The notes: a model not told the origin generated them from the sequence alone. Counted from the stretch's first letter, positions 48,215 through 60,480 are shown. The stretch is DNA of 64,000 nt from Blepharisma stoltei ATCC 30299 (GCA_965603825.1 CBFDEM010000012.1:784073-848072); one strand, 5' to 3'. A program made the numbers and translations.

Positions 48215-48550
48215 GCACAATTCTTTCCTTTCTTTCACTTTAATCTTTGGAATTAAAATTTAAGCATTATATCCAACATAATGTATATCTTAAAAATAAA
48301 AAATTCCTGTTTATGCTCTGATAATTACATTTCATATGGAAATTAGATCTTATCAAAAAAATTATTTTGTTCTTTTATGAAACAGAGCATTCAATTTCTG
48401 ACTTCAAACTTCAACAGTCAGGCACTAAACATTTCATTTATCTTTGCACTTACTTCAAAAAATCCAGCTTGAACTTCTCGAGCTAATTCTTCACCTTCTT
48501 GATTATTTTACGACTTTATCTTTCCTATCATATTTAATTAGCTATTTGCC
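48215..48550 (-). pseudogene. Rab-like relic with a ~104-bp internal insert
   Basis: 48225-48285 matches the Rab 3' end (CTTTCTTTCACTTT.ATCTTTGG.ATTAAA) and 48390-48530 matches DKVV...AGFFE.SAK. Confidence 0.65.
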
Positions 48551-48595
48551 ATTATCTATTTAAGCTGCTGAAGCTGCTGAAACCGCTAGCCAGCT

Positions 48596-48856
48596 TTATT
48601 GGTCGGGCTTTTCTTTTCCTTCTCTTTTTACTCTTATTCCTATCCTTCCTACAGGTTTTCTTCTTATTTCATTTGCACTTCTTCAATTTTTCACTCTCTT
48701 TGCAGTTCTTGCAGCAATTATTTGTGAGTATTTTTGGCAGGCCTTTTGATTGATTTTTTGGTTGTCTTTAATAGGACTTTTTGTAAGTCTTTTTGTAGGT
48801 TTTGATAATTCTTTTGGTGGATCATTTGGTTTGTCTTTTGGGGTCTTTCTCTGCAT
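48596..48856 (-). CDS. Possible short Lys/Pro-rich basic ORF (86 aa); the paralog at ~40430-40680 is broken
   Basis: MQRKTPKDKPNDPPKELSKPTKRLTKSPIK...; copy 1 has TAG at codon 2 and a frameshift. Confidence 0.25.
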
Positions 48857-49102
48857 TTCCTCCTCTGTAAGCCCTTTTCGCTTTTTACACCTTTTCGACC
48901 TCTATTTAATGCATTTCTTATTAGTTTCCTTTCAAAAAAATTATGGCTGAGCAAATAAAATCGCGGTTAAAAAGTTGAATTTACTATAAAATACTATCAA
49001 ATGTCTCATATCACTCTTTTGTTGATATAAATCATATCAATGACTATCTTTAAAAAAACAGAGCTAGTCTGATATAATTAATATTTTTAGCTTATCGACT
49101 TT

Positions 49103-49705
49103 TTATTGAATACAAACTTCTTTTCTTTCTTTCACTTTGATCTTTGGTATTAAACTCTCAGCGTTATTTCCAATTAAATGTACTCAGTTTTTGATTTCAA
49201 GACGCAAGTATTCAAACGCTTCGTTTACATTTATATCCTCTTTTGCACTTGTCTCAAAAAATCCAGCTTGTATTCCTTGAGCAAACTCCTCACCCCTTGA
49301 TTTTTCCACAACTTTATCTTCCCTATCACATTTATTCCCGACTACAACTTTTACAATATTTTCATAGGTATATTGATTAACAACATTGCTGATATTTTTA
49401 GCGCATATGAAAGATTGTTCAGATGTGCAGTCATATGCCAAAATAATCCCTTGCGCAAACCTAAAATATGTTTTGAAATTATTGTTGAATCTTGGGTTCC
49501 CAACTGTATCTCAAATTTGGAACTTAATTCTCTCATTATCACTCTCGATTGTTTTCATTCTGAAGTCTATCCCAATAGTGCAGAATATTGACTCTTCGAA
49601 CATTTGGTCAGCATATCTAATCATCAGAGAAGTTTTGCCAACTCCTGAATCTCCAAGTATAACTACTTTAAAGATATAATCGTATTCATTATCAATTGAA
49701 GCCAT
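49103..49705 (-). CDS. Divergent Rab1-like small GTPase, copy 2
   Basis: EYDYIFKVVILGDSGVGKTSL, TIGIDFR, WDTVGNPRF, VGNKCD, ETSAK; TAA 49103. Confidence 0.88.
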
Positions 49706-50225
49706 TTTATTTAAATTTGTTAGCTTGCACTAATTAAATTGTTTCAGCTCCGGATCTTTGGAATTAATTAAAGCGAAATCAATACGATTTCATACGCTAT
49801 TTAAAAGATTTTAAATGAATTAGCTACTGTAATTGAAGGGATAATTTTTTATGCACTTTTCATTGAGTTTTGCTTCTTGCACAAAATTTCAATTTTTTCT
49901 TTATTTTACTTCTAATTATTAGATTTGATTCCAATTTTGTATAGGGTTGAGAAAAACTACTTAATTTTGGCAGATCAGAATCAATGCCTCTTAGTTAAAT
50001 TCCTTTTTTGAATTAGAAATCATGGAGGATGATATGATTATTGATTTTCATTTAAAACGCCAAAAGTAACCTTCAATGCTGTGGCTCCTCTTAATATTTT
50101 TTAATGAATAAAAGGATCGTGAATTTAATGCAAACTAGATGATTTGCAGCTTAGCAATTTGAGAGAATCTATGCCTAATTACTGTTTTAAATTATAAAAA
50201 TGCCATTTTATTTGTAGTTAGATAA

Positions 50226-53200
50226 TTAATTATCTGAAATCCATTGAGATCCTGCAAAATTCTCCTCGTTTTTCAAATGGCTATCTGGTGTTTTTGAGCT
50301 TGCAAAAAGCGGGTCTTTAGAATAAGAGCCATTATTTATCTTCAAAATATTTATTTCAGTTGCACAAATCTTGCTTCCCAAACTAAATTTGAATAAAAAT
50401 CCCATTTCGATGCCTTTCTCTGTGATTAATAAATTTTGGAACTTTAAAGCCTGCAATACCATACCAGCTACTCCTAAAATTCCCCACCCTATTATGAGTC
50501 CGAGTTCCCAAAGGGAATTCATATCATCATTTACAAGAGAATAAATACTAGAAATCACATTACTCCAAATTACAGCAAAAACCGAAATAATGGCTCACAT
50601 ATTCATTCGTGGATAATTATAGATACGAATTTTCCAATATATAAAAGCAAGAGCAAGCAGAATAAAAGAGTAAACCATTCCTTCTAGAGCTTTGCTAACA
50701 AAATCAAGGTTTTTATTGACTCCTATCATAATAAAATATAAAGCAGATTTGTATACTGCAGTTTTTGGATGTAGAGCAATATTGAAAATTGGATGATAAA
50801 GCTGTCATGAAGGCTGGAAATATATTGTGAGTGTCATGTATAATAATAAAATTATAAGACAAAGCAAAGAAATCGATAAATGAAATCCTTTTCAACAGTA
50901 TGTATAGCAATCATTAGATACAAAACTATCTGTAATAGAGTCTCCTGCACTCTCTTTGCATAAAAACACAGAGAAAAGTATAGATACTAATGGAATGTAT
51001 GCAATACTACACAGCAAAAGAATTCCGATTTCTGATATAAGCTCATTTACCTCAAAAAAGTAATTGGAGTATTTTTCGCTATATTTTTTTGTTACAATGA
51101 ATGCTGAATACCCCATAAAGCTTATAATTGATACTACTATATAGACTTCGATCCAGAAACTATCTCCGTGAACGTTCAACGGCCCATTTCAATCTGCAGA
51201 GAACAGTCTAATAAATTGCGATATTACTGTGCTATATGATTTCATGTTAGGACCAATTGAAATTAACTCCAGAGTTTCTATTCAAAGAATTGCCATCATC
51301 AAGAAGTCTCCGAATTTTATCATTTTCGGCTCCTTAAGATCCTCGAATTTCACTTCTTTTCATCGTTTCTGCAGGAAAACCACTAATGATATTTCGACAA
51401 TAATTAAGGAACTGACAATTGCTAAAAATACCATTTTTCCATCCAAAGAGTCCTGTACTAATCTATAACTAAAAGGACAATCTATTTGATTTGTTCTCAT
51501 ATTACTTGGAATGACGTTTGTTTCGCCTGGTCATATAATTTTATTAAATAGAAATCTTTGGTTTCCTGAAATGCTATAATTTCCAACTACTTCGTCTCCA
51601 TTCAGAGATGCGTTAGCAATTGGAAGAACGCTGAAGATATTTACATAAAAAATACTTCTGCTGTTACCATCTGGCTCTATAGATAGAGTCCCAGTAGCTC
51701 CAAAAAATTTTTGTTTTCTAATATTTTCATTAATTGCAGTAGAATTTTCAAGATTATCCCCTTTAGTAATGCTATAATCAATCCCATTTAATGCCAGCAT
51801 TGTTTGATCATAGGAAAATCCTAAATGATTAGAATGATGATAAATTTGTTCACATTGATTTTTCAATGATTGACCATAATCTCCTATTCACTCAGCTAAA
51901 TTTGCAGTTAAGGACCGTTGGAACATTTCAAGAAGTTTTGCGCTATCACCTTCGAATGACGATAAGAGATCAGTTAGAGAATATCTATATGGAAGCAAAA
52001 AAAGTATATCACCTTTTCTCATTCCTAAATCATAAAGCGATATCAGGAAATTTGCAAATGTTTTGGGATCGACTAAGGCGATCAAGATCCTACATTTAGA
52101 ATTAATTATATCTAAAAAATAATCTTTGTAGTCTTCTAGCTGGTCAGTTGTATAAACAGTGGTAAAATAATAGGATGGATTATTAGCTACTTCTATATGA
52201 TATTTTGAGAGCTTAGTTACCATAGTGTCGTATGTTTTTTTGGATCATTCAGGCCGGTGAACAACAACAACTTTTTTCCAGCCAAAAATGCTTGCAAGCT
52301 CTGGAAAAACCCCTGCTGTAAATGATTCTTCTTTATAAATAGTCATGAATTCTGGAAATATTGACTTATTCAGCAACTCAGGAGTAAATTCACATCCATT
52401 AGATATGATTGGAGCAGAAATGCCAAGAGCTCTAAAGTCCGTGATTATTCCAATGCAAACGGGATCACGCTTGGAAGATAAGTGAACCACTCCAATCTTA
52501 TCTTTTAGTTTTTCAAAGCATGGCCTTGATAAATTTTTACTGTAAAGTGTAACTCCACAGTCTGTAGACTGAACATTTAAATTGAAACTCCTAAGAAGCC
52601 CGGATTGACGAGCAGAGCGGAAAGCAAAGTAATTACCGTGCCGGATTAAAATGTTATAAGTGGCATTTATACCACCCGGATCTCTTACCCCATCGGCAAG
52701 GGAAATTGTAATGTTTGCTCTTGGCAAGTTAGGAATGGTAGTTGAGTTTCCAGGATAAACTAAAGCATTTTTAATCGAAATTTTTCCGTTTGCAATTCCT
52801 CCCACTTTGATTTTCTGGCCATTTTGGATGTTTATAATCGAAAAATTTGGAAATGGACTGTGATTGATAGTCCTTTTTTCTAGTATTTGCATAATTTCTT
52901 GTGTTTTATAGTCTATAACTTGTAAAACAGTTTTTAAAACTTTTTCTAGAGCCAAATATTCATAGTGATTATAGCTTGTTGCATTTTCAAGGCCTTCTTC
53001 AGTATAAAATACGAGTCCATCATTAGTGAAGTTTCCTCAAATACTATCGCTTCCCATGATGACTCCATAACCGCTTTTTAGCATCATTTTAGAGCCTAAA
53101 CTTGTGACTATCATAGAAGAACTTCTACCACTGTTAAGAATAATGATATTCCCTATACCAGTCGGTTTTACTTCTCTTCCTATAATTAAATCATAAATAT

Positions 53201-53711
53201 CTTGATTTTCAGTATCTGTGCAAAGCACCGGCAAGCCTTTGCCCTCTTTTTTCAATAAAAGTGAAATGGGATTTACTGCACTATTTGCTATTACTATAAA
53301 ATTTTTTCAACCGAAATACTTTATCAGCTGGTTTAAGGCCTGATAATGAAAATCACGAGAATTGTGACTAAAAAATTCATATTTACCATATATGCCTATT
53401 TGCTGGTTCAGATTTATGTACAAAAAATGAGAGGTTTCAGAATAAGCTCTTATTTGGAAGGAATAAAAACTGTTAAAAGTGGCATCAATCGCTAGACTTG
53501 GCAAATGGATGCAACCAATTTGAAAGTTGCAATCCTCAGCACTCGTTAATATAAATGTAAAGTCCCTTTGAAACTTTTCATTTAAAGATCTCCACAAGTA
53601 ATTTGCAAGGCCTGGCGGTGTAGAGTTTGATACTAAAATATCCACATTGAAAGCTTGGGATATTTGAAATAGGATTTGGAGCTTAAGAGCGATAATTATA
53701 TTGAAGGCCAT
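50226..53711 (-). CDS. Class C GPCR-like receptor: signal peptide, large periplasmic-binding-protein/ANF-type ectodomain and multi-pass TM region, 1161 aa
   Basis: Seven track ORFs in one frame joined by ~11 TGA=Trp with no TAA/TAG. Contains FG-W-KNFIVI, LLNKSIFPEF, FGWKKVVVV, YDQTMLAL...FFGATGTLSI, then several hydrophobic helices. Confidence 0.8.
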
Positions 53712-54466
53712 TAATATTATAATAGACAAGAATTTATCGAGATCAAGACTATTATTATAATTTCAGTTTAATTAAATATCTAGAGCTATGCATACTAGCA
53801 AAATGACTTAAGGAATAATTAGGCATAAACTAATGATATTTTGCAATTCTTATAGATTAACAAATTAATTATATTTTCCCTATCAAATTAACTATTCCTC
53901 TTAATTCTTTGCATATTTATTTCAACAACCAAAAATAAAGTTAACAGAAAATGAATATTTTAAGAGCTTATTCAGATTTAGAAATTAAAATTACTGCTGC
54001 TAAATCTCAGCTTGAAAAATATTTCTTGATGCCAAATAACTGGCTCATATAAGGAGAACTTTTAAAAATATTTTATTGAAATCGTTATTTTTATATATGG
54101 AACAAGAAGATAAATTAAAAAAAAGCATTGCTTAAATATTTTTAATCCAAATTCTTCACTTTTATTTAATTGGAATTGACAATTAAAGATAATTCAAAAT
54201 TCTGATCAATTTAGATTAGTTAAAAATCCTAGAATAATTTAAATATATAAAGTTGTAATTGAAATGCAGCTATATTCTGTAATAAATATTGTTAATCTAA
54301 GTCTCTTTTAAACTTAATGCCTCTCTCTATTTTTTTATATAAGGTCAATTTTTTGGAACATTAACTTTGCAAACATTAGCAAGGTGCACTTATTCTTTAA
54401 TTAGAGCTTTGAAAATTATTCAATTACTCAGAACGATAATTTAATGGAAATATAAGTTAAAGAAAT

Positions 54467-56779
54467 ATGAGTACCATAAGATGTTATAAGCTAACGTGTA
54501 ACCGTGAAGTTGAACTTTCATGCAATTGCATTTCTCCTGAGATCTACTCTTGCAAAAAACACTTATTGGAGCATTGTAAATCTAGTAGCAGACCTCATAA
54601 TTTTAACTCAATATTTTATGAGCCTGTTGAAGGCACAAAAGAAGCGATCCTTAGCCTTCTTGCAGAAGAAAAACATAAAACTGATGAAATAAGAACAAAT
54701 ATAATCGCTTCCTTTTCTCAAACTCTTTGCAGCTATAAAAATATCCTTGAGCAAATTTTGAAAGAAATTGACTATGACTCTGTAAAAATTTGCAGTGATG
54801 TCGAAAAGATCTTGCAAACCCAGAGACTGTCGAGATTTGAGAAGGATCCAGTTTTAAATTTGTTAGCTTTCCCGTCAAATGAAGCTGTTGGAAAAGCTAA
54901 AACAATTTTTACAGTAAGATCAAATAATAGCATTAAATTATTCTCCGAAATGGGAAGACAAATTGATGAAATTATAAAGAGATTTACCGAAGAAAAGTCT
55001 AAAGGTATTTCACATGAAATGCAGTTTGAATGGAAAAACCCCCTTGAAGGGCGTATAAACTTTGAGAAGAAGGAAGAAAAGATGCATTATGCCTTAGAGG
55101 AGTACAAAGAAATTATCAGAATTAATCCAAGTAACGCTGGTGCACACAATAAAATAGGAATGATCTTAGAAAGTGAAAAGAGATATGAGGAAGCAGTAAA
55201 ACATTATAACGATGCAATTAGATTCGACCCAAACTCTGCATTTTATTATACAAATAAAGGATATGCTCTTCATTATTTAGGTAGAAGAGAAGAAGCTATG
55301 GAATGCTATAAAGAAGCTATCAGAATTGATCCAAATCATGCTGACGCGTATCATGGCATAGGAATTATCTTAAAAAATGAAAAGAGATATGAAGAAGCGT
55401 TAAAATTCTATAACGATGCGATTAGAATCGATTCAAACTGTGCTCTTTACTACACAAATAAAGGATATGCTCTTCAAGAGCTGGGCAGAAGAGAAGATGC
55501 TATGGAATGCTATAGAGAAGCTATCAGAATTGATCAGAATTATTCTGATGCATATAATAACATCGGAGTTATCTTCTATAGTGAAAGGGCATATGAAGAA
55601 GCAATAAAATATTACAACGATGCAATTAGAATCAATTCAAATAAAGTAATTTATCATACAAATAAAGGAAATGCTCTTAAAGAGTTAGGCAGAGGAGATG
55701 AAGCTATGCAATGCTATAATGAATCTATCAAAATTGACCCAGATTACGCTGATGCATACAATGGTATAGGAATAATATTAAAAAATGAAAATAGGTATGA
55801 AGAAGCAATAAAATATTATAACGATGCAATTAGAATCAATCCAAACTGTGCATTTTTATATACAAACAAAGGAGATGCCCTTAAAAAGTTAGGTAGAGAG
55901 GAAGAAGCTATGGAATGCTACATAGAAGCAATTCGAATTGATCCAAATTATGCTGATGCTTACAATATGATAGGAGTGATCTTAGAAAATGAAATGAGAT
56001 ATGAAGAAGCAGTAAAATATTACAATGATGCAATTAGAATCAATCCAAATATAGCATTTTATTATACTGATAAAGGAAATGCTCTTAAAGAATTAGGCAG
56101 AGGAAAAGAAGCTATGGAGTGTTATAAAGAAGCTATCAGAATTGATCCTAACGAAGATAACGCATACAATATGATAGGAGTCATCTTAGAAAGTGAAAAG
56201 CAATATGAAGAAGCAATAAAACATTACAACGATGCAATAAGAATTGATCCAAATTGTGCATTTTATTATATAAATAAAGGAGATGCTCTTAAAATGTTAG
56301 GCAAAAGAGGAGAAGCAATGGAATGCTATAAAGAGGCTATAAGAATTGATCCAAATGAAGATAATGCATACAACATGATAGGAGTTATCTTAGAAAGTGA
56401 AAAGCAATATGAAGAAGCAATAAAATATTACGAAAATGCAATTAGAATTGATCCAAATTGTGCATTTTATTATACAAATAAAGGAGATGCTCTCAAAAAA
56501 ATAGGGAGAAGAAAAGAAGCAATGGAATGTTATAAAGCAGCTATCAGAATTGATCCAAATGAAGATAACGCATATAATATGATAGGAATTATCTTCTCTA
56601 TTGAAAATCAATATGAAGAAGCAATAAAATATTACAACAATGCAATTAAAATAGATCCAAGTATAGCAGTTTATTACATAAATAAAGGAAACGTTCTTAC
56701 AGTCTTAGGTAGAGGAGAGGAAGCCACAGAATGCTATAAGCAAGCTGCTAATATAGAAAATGCTTCAAAATATGACTAA
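54467..56779 (+). CDS. TPR repeat protein with N-terminal Cys/His domain, 770 aa
   Basis: N-terminus CxxxxCxxxxxxxCxC...CxxHxxxH, then ~16 34-aa TPRs alternating as a 68-aa dimer. Confidence 0.92.
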   Translation: MSTIRCYKLTCNREVELSCNCISPEIYSCKKHLLEHCKSSSRPHNFNSIFYEPVEGTKEAILSLLAEEKHKTDEIRTNIIASFSQTLCSYKNILEQILKEIDYDSVKICSDVEKILQTQRLSRFEKDPVLNLLAFPSNEAVGKAKTIFTVRSNNSIKLFSEMGRQIDEIIKRFTEEKSKGISHEMQFEWKNPLEGRINFEKKEEKMHYALEEYKEIIRINPSNAGAHNKIGMILESEKRYEEAVKHYNDAIRFDPNSAFYYTNKGYALHYLGRREEAMECYKEAIRIDPNHADAYHGIGIILKNEKRYEEALKFYNDAIRIDSNCALYYTNKGYALQELGRREDAMECYREAIRIDQNYSDAYNNIGVIFYSERAYEEAIKYYNDAIRINSNKVIYHTNKGNALKELGRGDEAMQCYNESIKIDPDYADAYNGIGIILKNENRYEEAIKYYNDAIRINPNCAFLYTNKGDALKKLGREEEAMECYIEAIRIDPNYADAYNMIGVILENEMRYEEAVKYYNDAIRINPNIAFYYTDKGNALKELGRGKEAMECYKEAIRIDPNEDNAYNMIGVILESEKQYEEAIKHYNDAIRIDPNCAFYYINKGDALKMLGKRGEAMECYKEAIRIDPNEDNAYNMIGVILESEKQYEEAIKYYENAIRIDPNCAFYYTNKGDALKKIGRRKEAMECYKAAIRIDPNEDNAYNMIGIIFSIENQYEEAIKYYNNAIKIDPSIAVYYINKGNVLTVLGRGEEATECYKQAANIENASKYD

Positions 56780-56879
56780 TAGCATAATATATTTACTTAA
56801 ATATTTTTATTAATATTTTTTGCTTTAAATTTCTTCTATCGAAGAGTTCAAATTTAAAATCTAAAAATCTCTCCTCTCC

Positions 56880-57640
56880 TTACTTTTTATTACAAAGACA
56901 ACCAAAAACTGTAATTATTGTTTTCCTATTTCAGCAGCTTCTTTTTCTAGTTGGAATATTTTGCTGAAATATTTCTCCAACTGATTGATTATTACTTCCG
57001 CTTGGAAGATCTAAATTTTCTGTTGCAATTTGGGATCTGCGAATTTTTTGTATCTTAGTCCTTTTTGAATATTCTGGGTTAGGGTTTTCGAGACCCTTAA
57101 ATTCTTCTTCAGATTCAACAGATTTTATTTGTATTTTTTGGAGTAGTTCATTACGGTCTCTGCTTAATGCATCATTAATAAAATTGATGTCTTTTTCAGA
57201 AAGATTTCATTCATCCCCAGTAAAAGTGCCACTTACTTGACTTTCTTGCTTCAAATTATAAGCCGTATTAAAGTCCTGCAAATGCTGCTACTTCTTGTCT
57301 GAGATTATTACATGCTTTAGCTCGGTTGCAGAAATGCAAAGGATTATTGGGCTTGAGCTTGATTGCGTTATCATAGCATTCTATTGTTTCTTGATATCTC
57401 TCTAAAACATAAAGAATATTGCCTTTATCATTATAAAAATTGGCATTATTTGGGTTGATTTTGATTGCTTCGGCATAGCGTTCAACTGCTTCTGGATATC
57501 TTCCTAATTCATTTAGTAAAACTGCTTTCTTATAGTGAAAATCAGCATCGTTTAAAAAAATTAATCGATTCATTATAGCATTTTATAGCTTCTAGATTTC
57601 TACCTAATTATTGAAGAGCATTCTTTTATTATTTTAAAGA
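56880..57640 (-). pseudogene. TPR gene 3' relic, paralog of 60521-62024
   Basis: TPRs plus NNPLHFC.RA...INFINDAL.RDR.ELLQK; frameshift near 57280; 5' side replaced by retroelement-like DNA. Confidence 0.8.
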
Positions 57641-57649
57641 CTGTTAATA

Positions 57650-58185
57650 TGTTTTTTCCACTGAAGATGGTATGAAGAAAGAAGCAAGAAATGAAATGGA
57701 AGGAGAATTAAAGAGCAAGCAAAGAAACAGAATCAGCAAAGGAATCAGAAATAGAGAATGAAAAGAAAGAGGAGAAAGAAACTGAATGGAATAAAAGGAA
57801 ATAAAGCAGATGAGTGAAGGTAGGATTTAACTCCAGCATCTCAAACAAGAAAATAAGACACCTGACAAAGGGATATATTGACGAAAATGAGAAACACATA
57901 ATGGAGCAATGCTAGAGATATGATCAATCAGATTTAAGCTTAGATCAAGATTGCTACGAATAGAATTTGAAGAGGCAAGAGAAGTCTATATAAAAACTGA
58001 GAGGTATAGCGAGGATAGAAAAAAAGATTCAGGCGCAAAGAAAGGAGAGCAAAGTAGTAAGAATAGTGGGGTAGACCAGGAGATAAAGATTTCTACTAAA
58101 AGTTAGTGCAGAGGGAAGGGAAAGGGAACAGTAAAAGATAGAGAGCTTGTTAAAAAGTCCACTGCAACCTGACACAAATTAATTT
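57650..58185 (+). mobile_element. Possible 3' fragment of a non-LTR retrotransposon
   Basis: Strongly purine-rich strand; DENEKHIMEQC*RY resembles the E..H....C..Y knuckle at LINE ORF ends; abuts the truncated TPR relic. Confidence 0.4.
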
Positions 58186-58189
58186 AATT

Positions 58190-60480
58190 AAGTTAATATA
58201 CATTTTGCAAAGTATGAAGCCCTTTGGAGAAAGGTGCATAGTTTTATCTTTAGAAAAGAAGTCAGAATTTCTGAACTCTATTTCTTCACCTGATGAAGAA
58301 TCCAAAACGCTATTATAACCTTTGCTGGCATCAGATCACTTACCTAAAGTTCTAGAAAATTGAGCTCGTCTTTTCTTCCTTAATTTCACAGATTTAGTAT
58401 TTTAATTTTCTTGAAGAATTAATAAAACCAATCGATTTCTTTTTCAAGGTTTCATATTAGAATATAAATGCTCTGGGTGCCTTCAAATCCCAATGAAGTT
58501 TTTTGAATTGAAAGCGTCTTGCTATTTGACCTTGAGAACTTTTCTTTCGTAGCTGAGGCTAATCTAGGTTTTCTTTAGAAATGAGTTTGCTCCTCAATGG
58601 CTACGAAGTCATTTTGATTTTACATAGTTATGGTCAAACTTAAAAATGCAATTATTACATCTAAGAGCGACATGGCAAAGATTCTTGCATAAATAACAAT
58701 AAATTCCTAGGACTGAGTAATCTTTTTGACATCTTTCTTAAAATTTTTGCGCAAGGGAAACCTAGATAAAACTTTCAAAGGTGGCTCCTTTCAAAAACAA
58801 ATAGCTCTGAAAAGCTCAAACATCTTGCAGAAGAGGCTCTTGCTTTTTTGGCGAAAAATCCGATTTCCCCAAAATAGTTTCCTTAGAAGATTGAGTTTGA
58901 TGTGATAAAGCTCAACTAGTGATAAGATTACTCTTTTCACTTCAATCCTGATCTTCCCTGAAAGCCTAGAAATGAAAGCAGCTTCGGCCCTAAACAATGA
59001 GTCGGCAGTTACGAGAGCCTTAGGACTTAATTCGCATCCAGTCTTATTAGGACTCTCTTTCAATTGTCAAGTTCCAGAGGATGACTCTTTGCAGGTCTAA
59101 ACCCTCAAAAATCATGGATTCTATTCTGGTGATGTAAAAAAAGCTACATCTTTTCAGTCCTGCAAATTGAATTGTGAACAGAGATTAAAGTTGGGCTCAC
59201 TTTCTTGGATGCAATACAAATAGCTTTGTTTGTTCCTCCTTTATTATATGACAAATAAACTTGAGAAAAATAAGCATTTATTATTGAGTCTCCAATTCGT
59301 CTCCAGGCACTGTCGTTTGGCAAGTAACTTTCATAGACTGATCCATTATCATCACATTCAATTAAATACAGTCTCTCTGCATTTATAAGAATCTTGCCTT
59401 CATCAGCTTTAAATCATAAGGAATTATTGCAAAAGTGTTGCTGTCAATTGAATACCTTAAAAGATTTTTATTTTGTATCCAGAAATCACAATATTCCCGT
59501 TAAATATTGCACCATTGCAAGAGAAATCAGCTTGTGGCAGTGGCTTTAATTTAATTCATCAGTTTTCATTTAATCAAATCTCTCTGATAGAGTTAACTAA
59601 GTATCATAATTTTTTGATCCTCCAAAGCATTATTATTGTGATAGATATAATATTCTATAGAAGTAAAATATGGTTAGTATTTAATTGAAGGACTTCTTCA
59701 TAAATAATTTCTGATTTTGAGTTTGAAAGAATGTAATCAATAATTGTGTGTGTATTATGACCTCTAAAAGTTGATATATGCATATCATTGAGAATATATA
59801 AATGAGAATCTTTAATAAATTTAGAAAATATCTCTCCTGTTAGATCATCGATCTCAGATAAATATCCTTTTTAGATGTGCATTAAAATCACCCATTAGAC
59901 TATTTGACGTCTATCCTTTGATTTTTTTAAAAAATTTCTTGAACTTCTATGATAAAGTTAATATAGTCATCAATTGATTTCTTACTCTGGTGATTTGTTA
60001 CTACTGGGGCATAAGCTACTATTATTAAGTAATCTTCAATTAATGTTGCTGCTATTCTATGATTATTAGTTTCAATGATGTTATTAGATTTGGAAATGCT
60101 TCGTGTCTTAATAATCCAGTTCAACCTGATTCTCTGTTGCCAGCAATCGGCCATTATTTCCAATTCAGATAATCCTTGAATATACAAAGAAGTTTTCAAT
60201 CATGCTTCAGCAATTCCAAGAATAGAGATATCATTAGCAATCATTGCATTTCTTAGTTCATCTAAACCTGATTCCAAAAGCTCTTCAATGCCGCTTCTTG
60301 ATTCATTTAATGTTGGCTAAAGTATTTCCTTCAGCTTGCTATTTTTAACTACTCTTTTGTAAAAAATCTACTACAAAAATTCTCTTAATGGCATGAGCCT
60401 TGCCAGGAAGCGTTAAATGTTTCCCGAAGTGCAATTCACAGGATAGAGTTAAAGAAAGGTGCACACGATCACGCATATAT
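58190..60480 (-). mobile_element. Degraded non-LTR retrotransposon; APE endonuclease recognisable at ~59650-60330
   Basis: ILGIAEAW, IIVAYAP, MGDFNAH (frameshifted), STFRG..TIIDYIL and TNHILL. Many stops; no RT YxDD was recognised. Boundaries are approximate. Confidence 0.72.

Larger units (their letters stand above)
44002..50013 (+). repeat. Segmental duplication, copy 2 (partner 34899-41825)
   Basis: Same gene order: 3' end of copy C, copy D, copy E, Rab relic, Lys-rich ORF, Rab. Confidence 0.92.
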
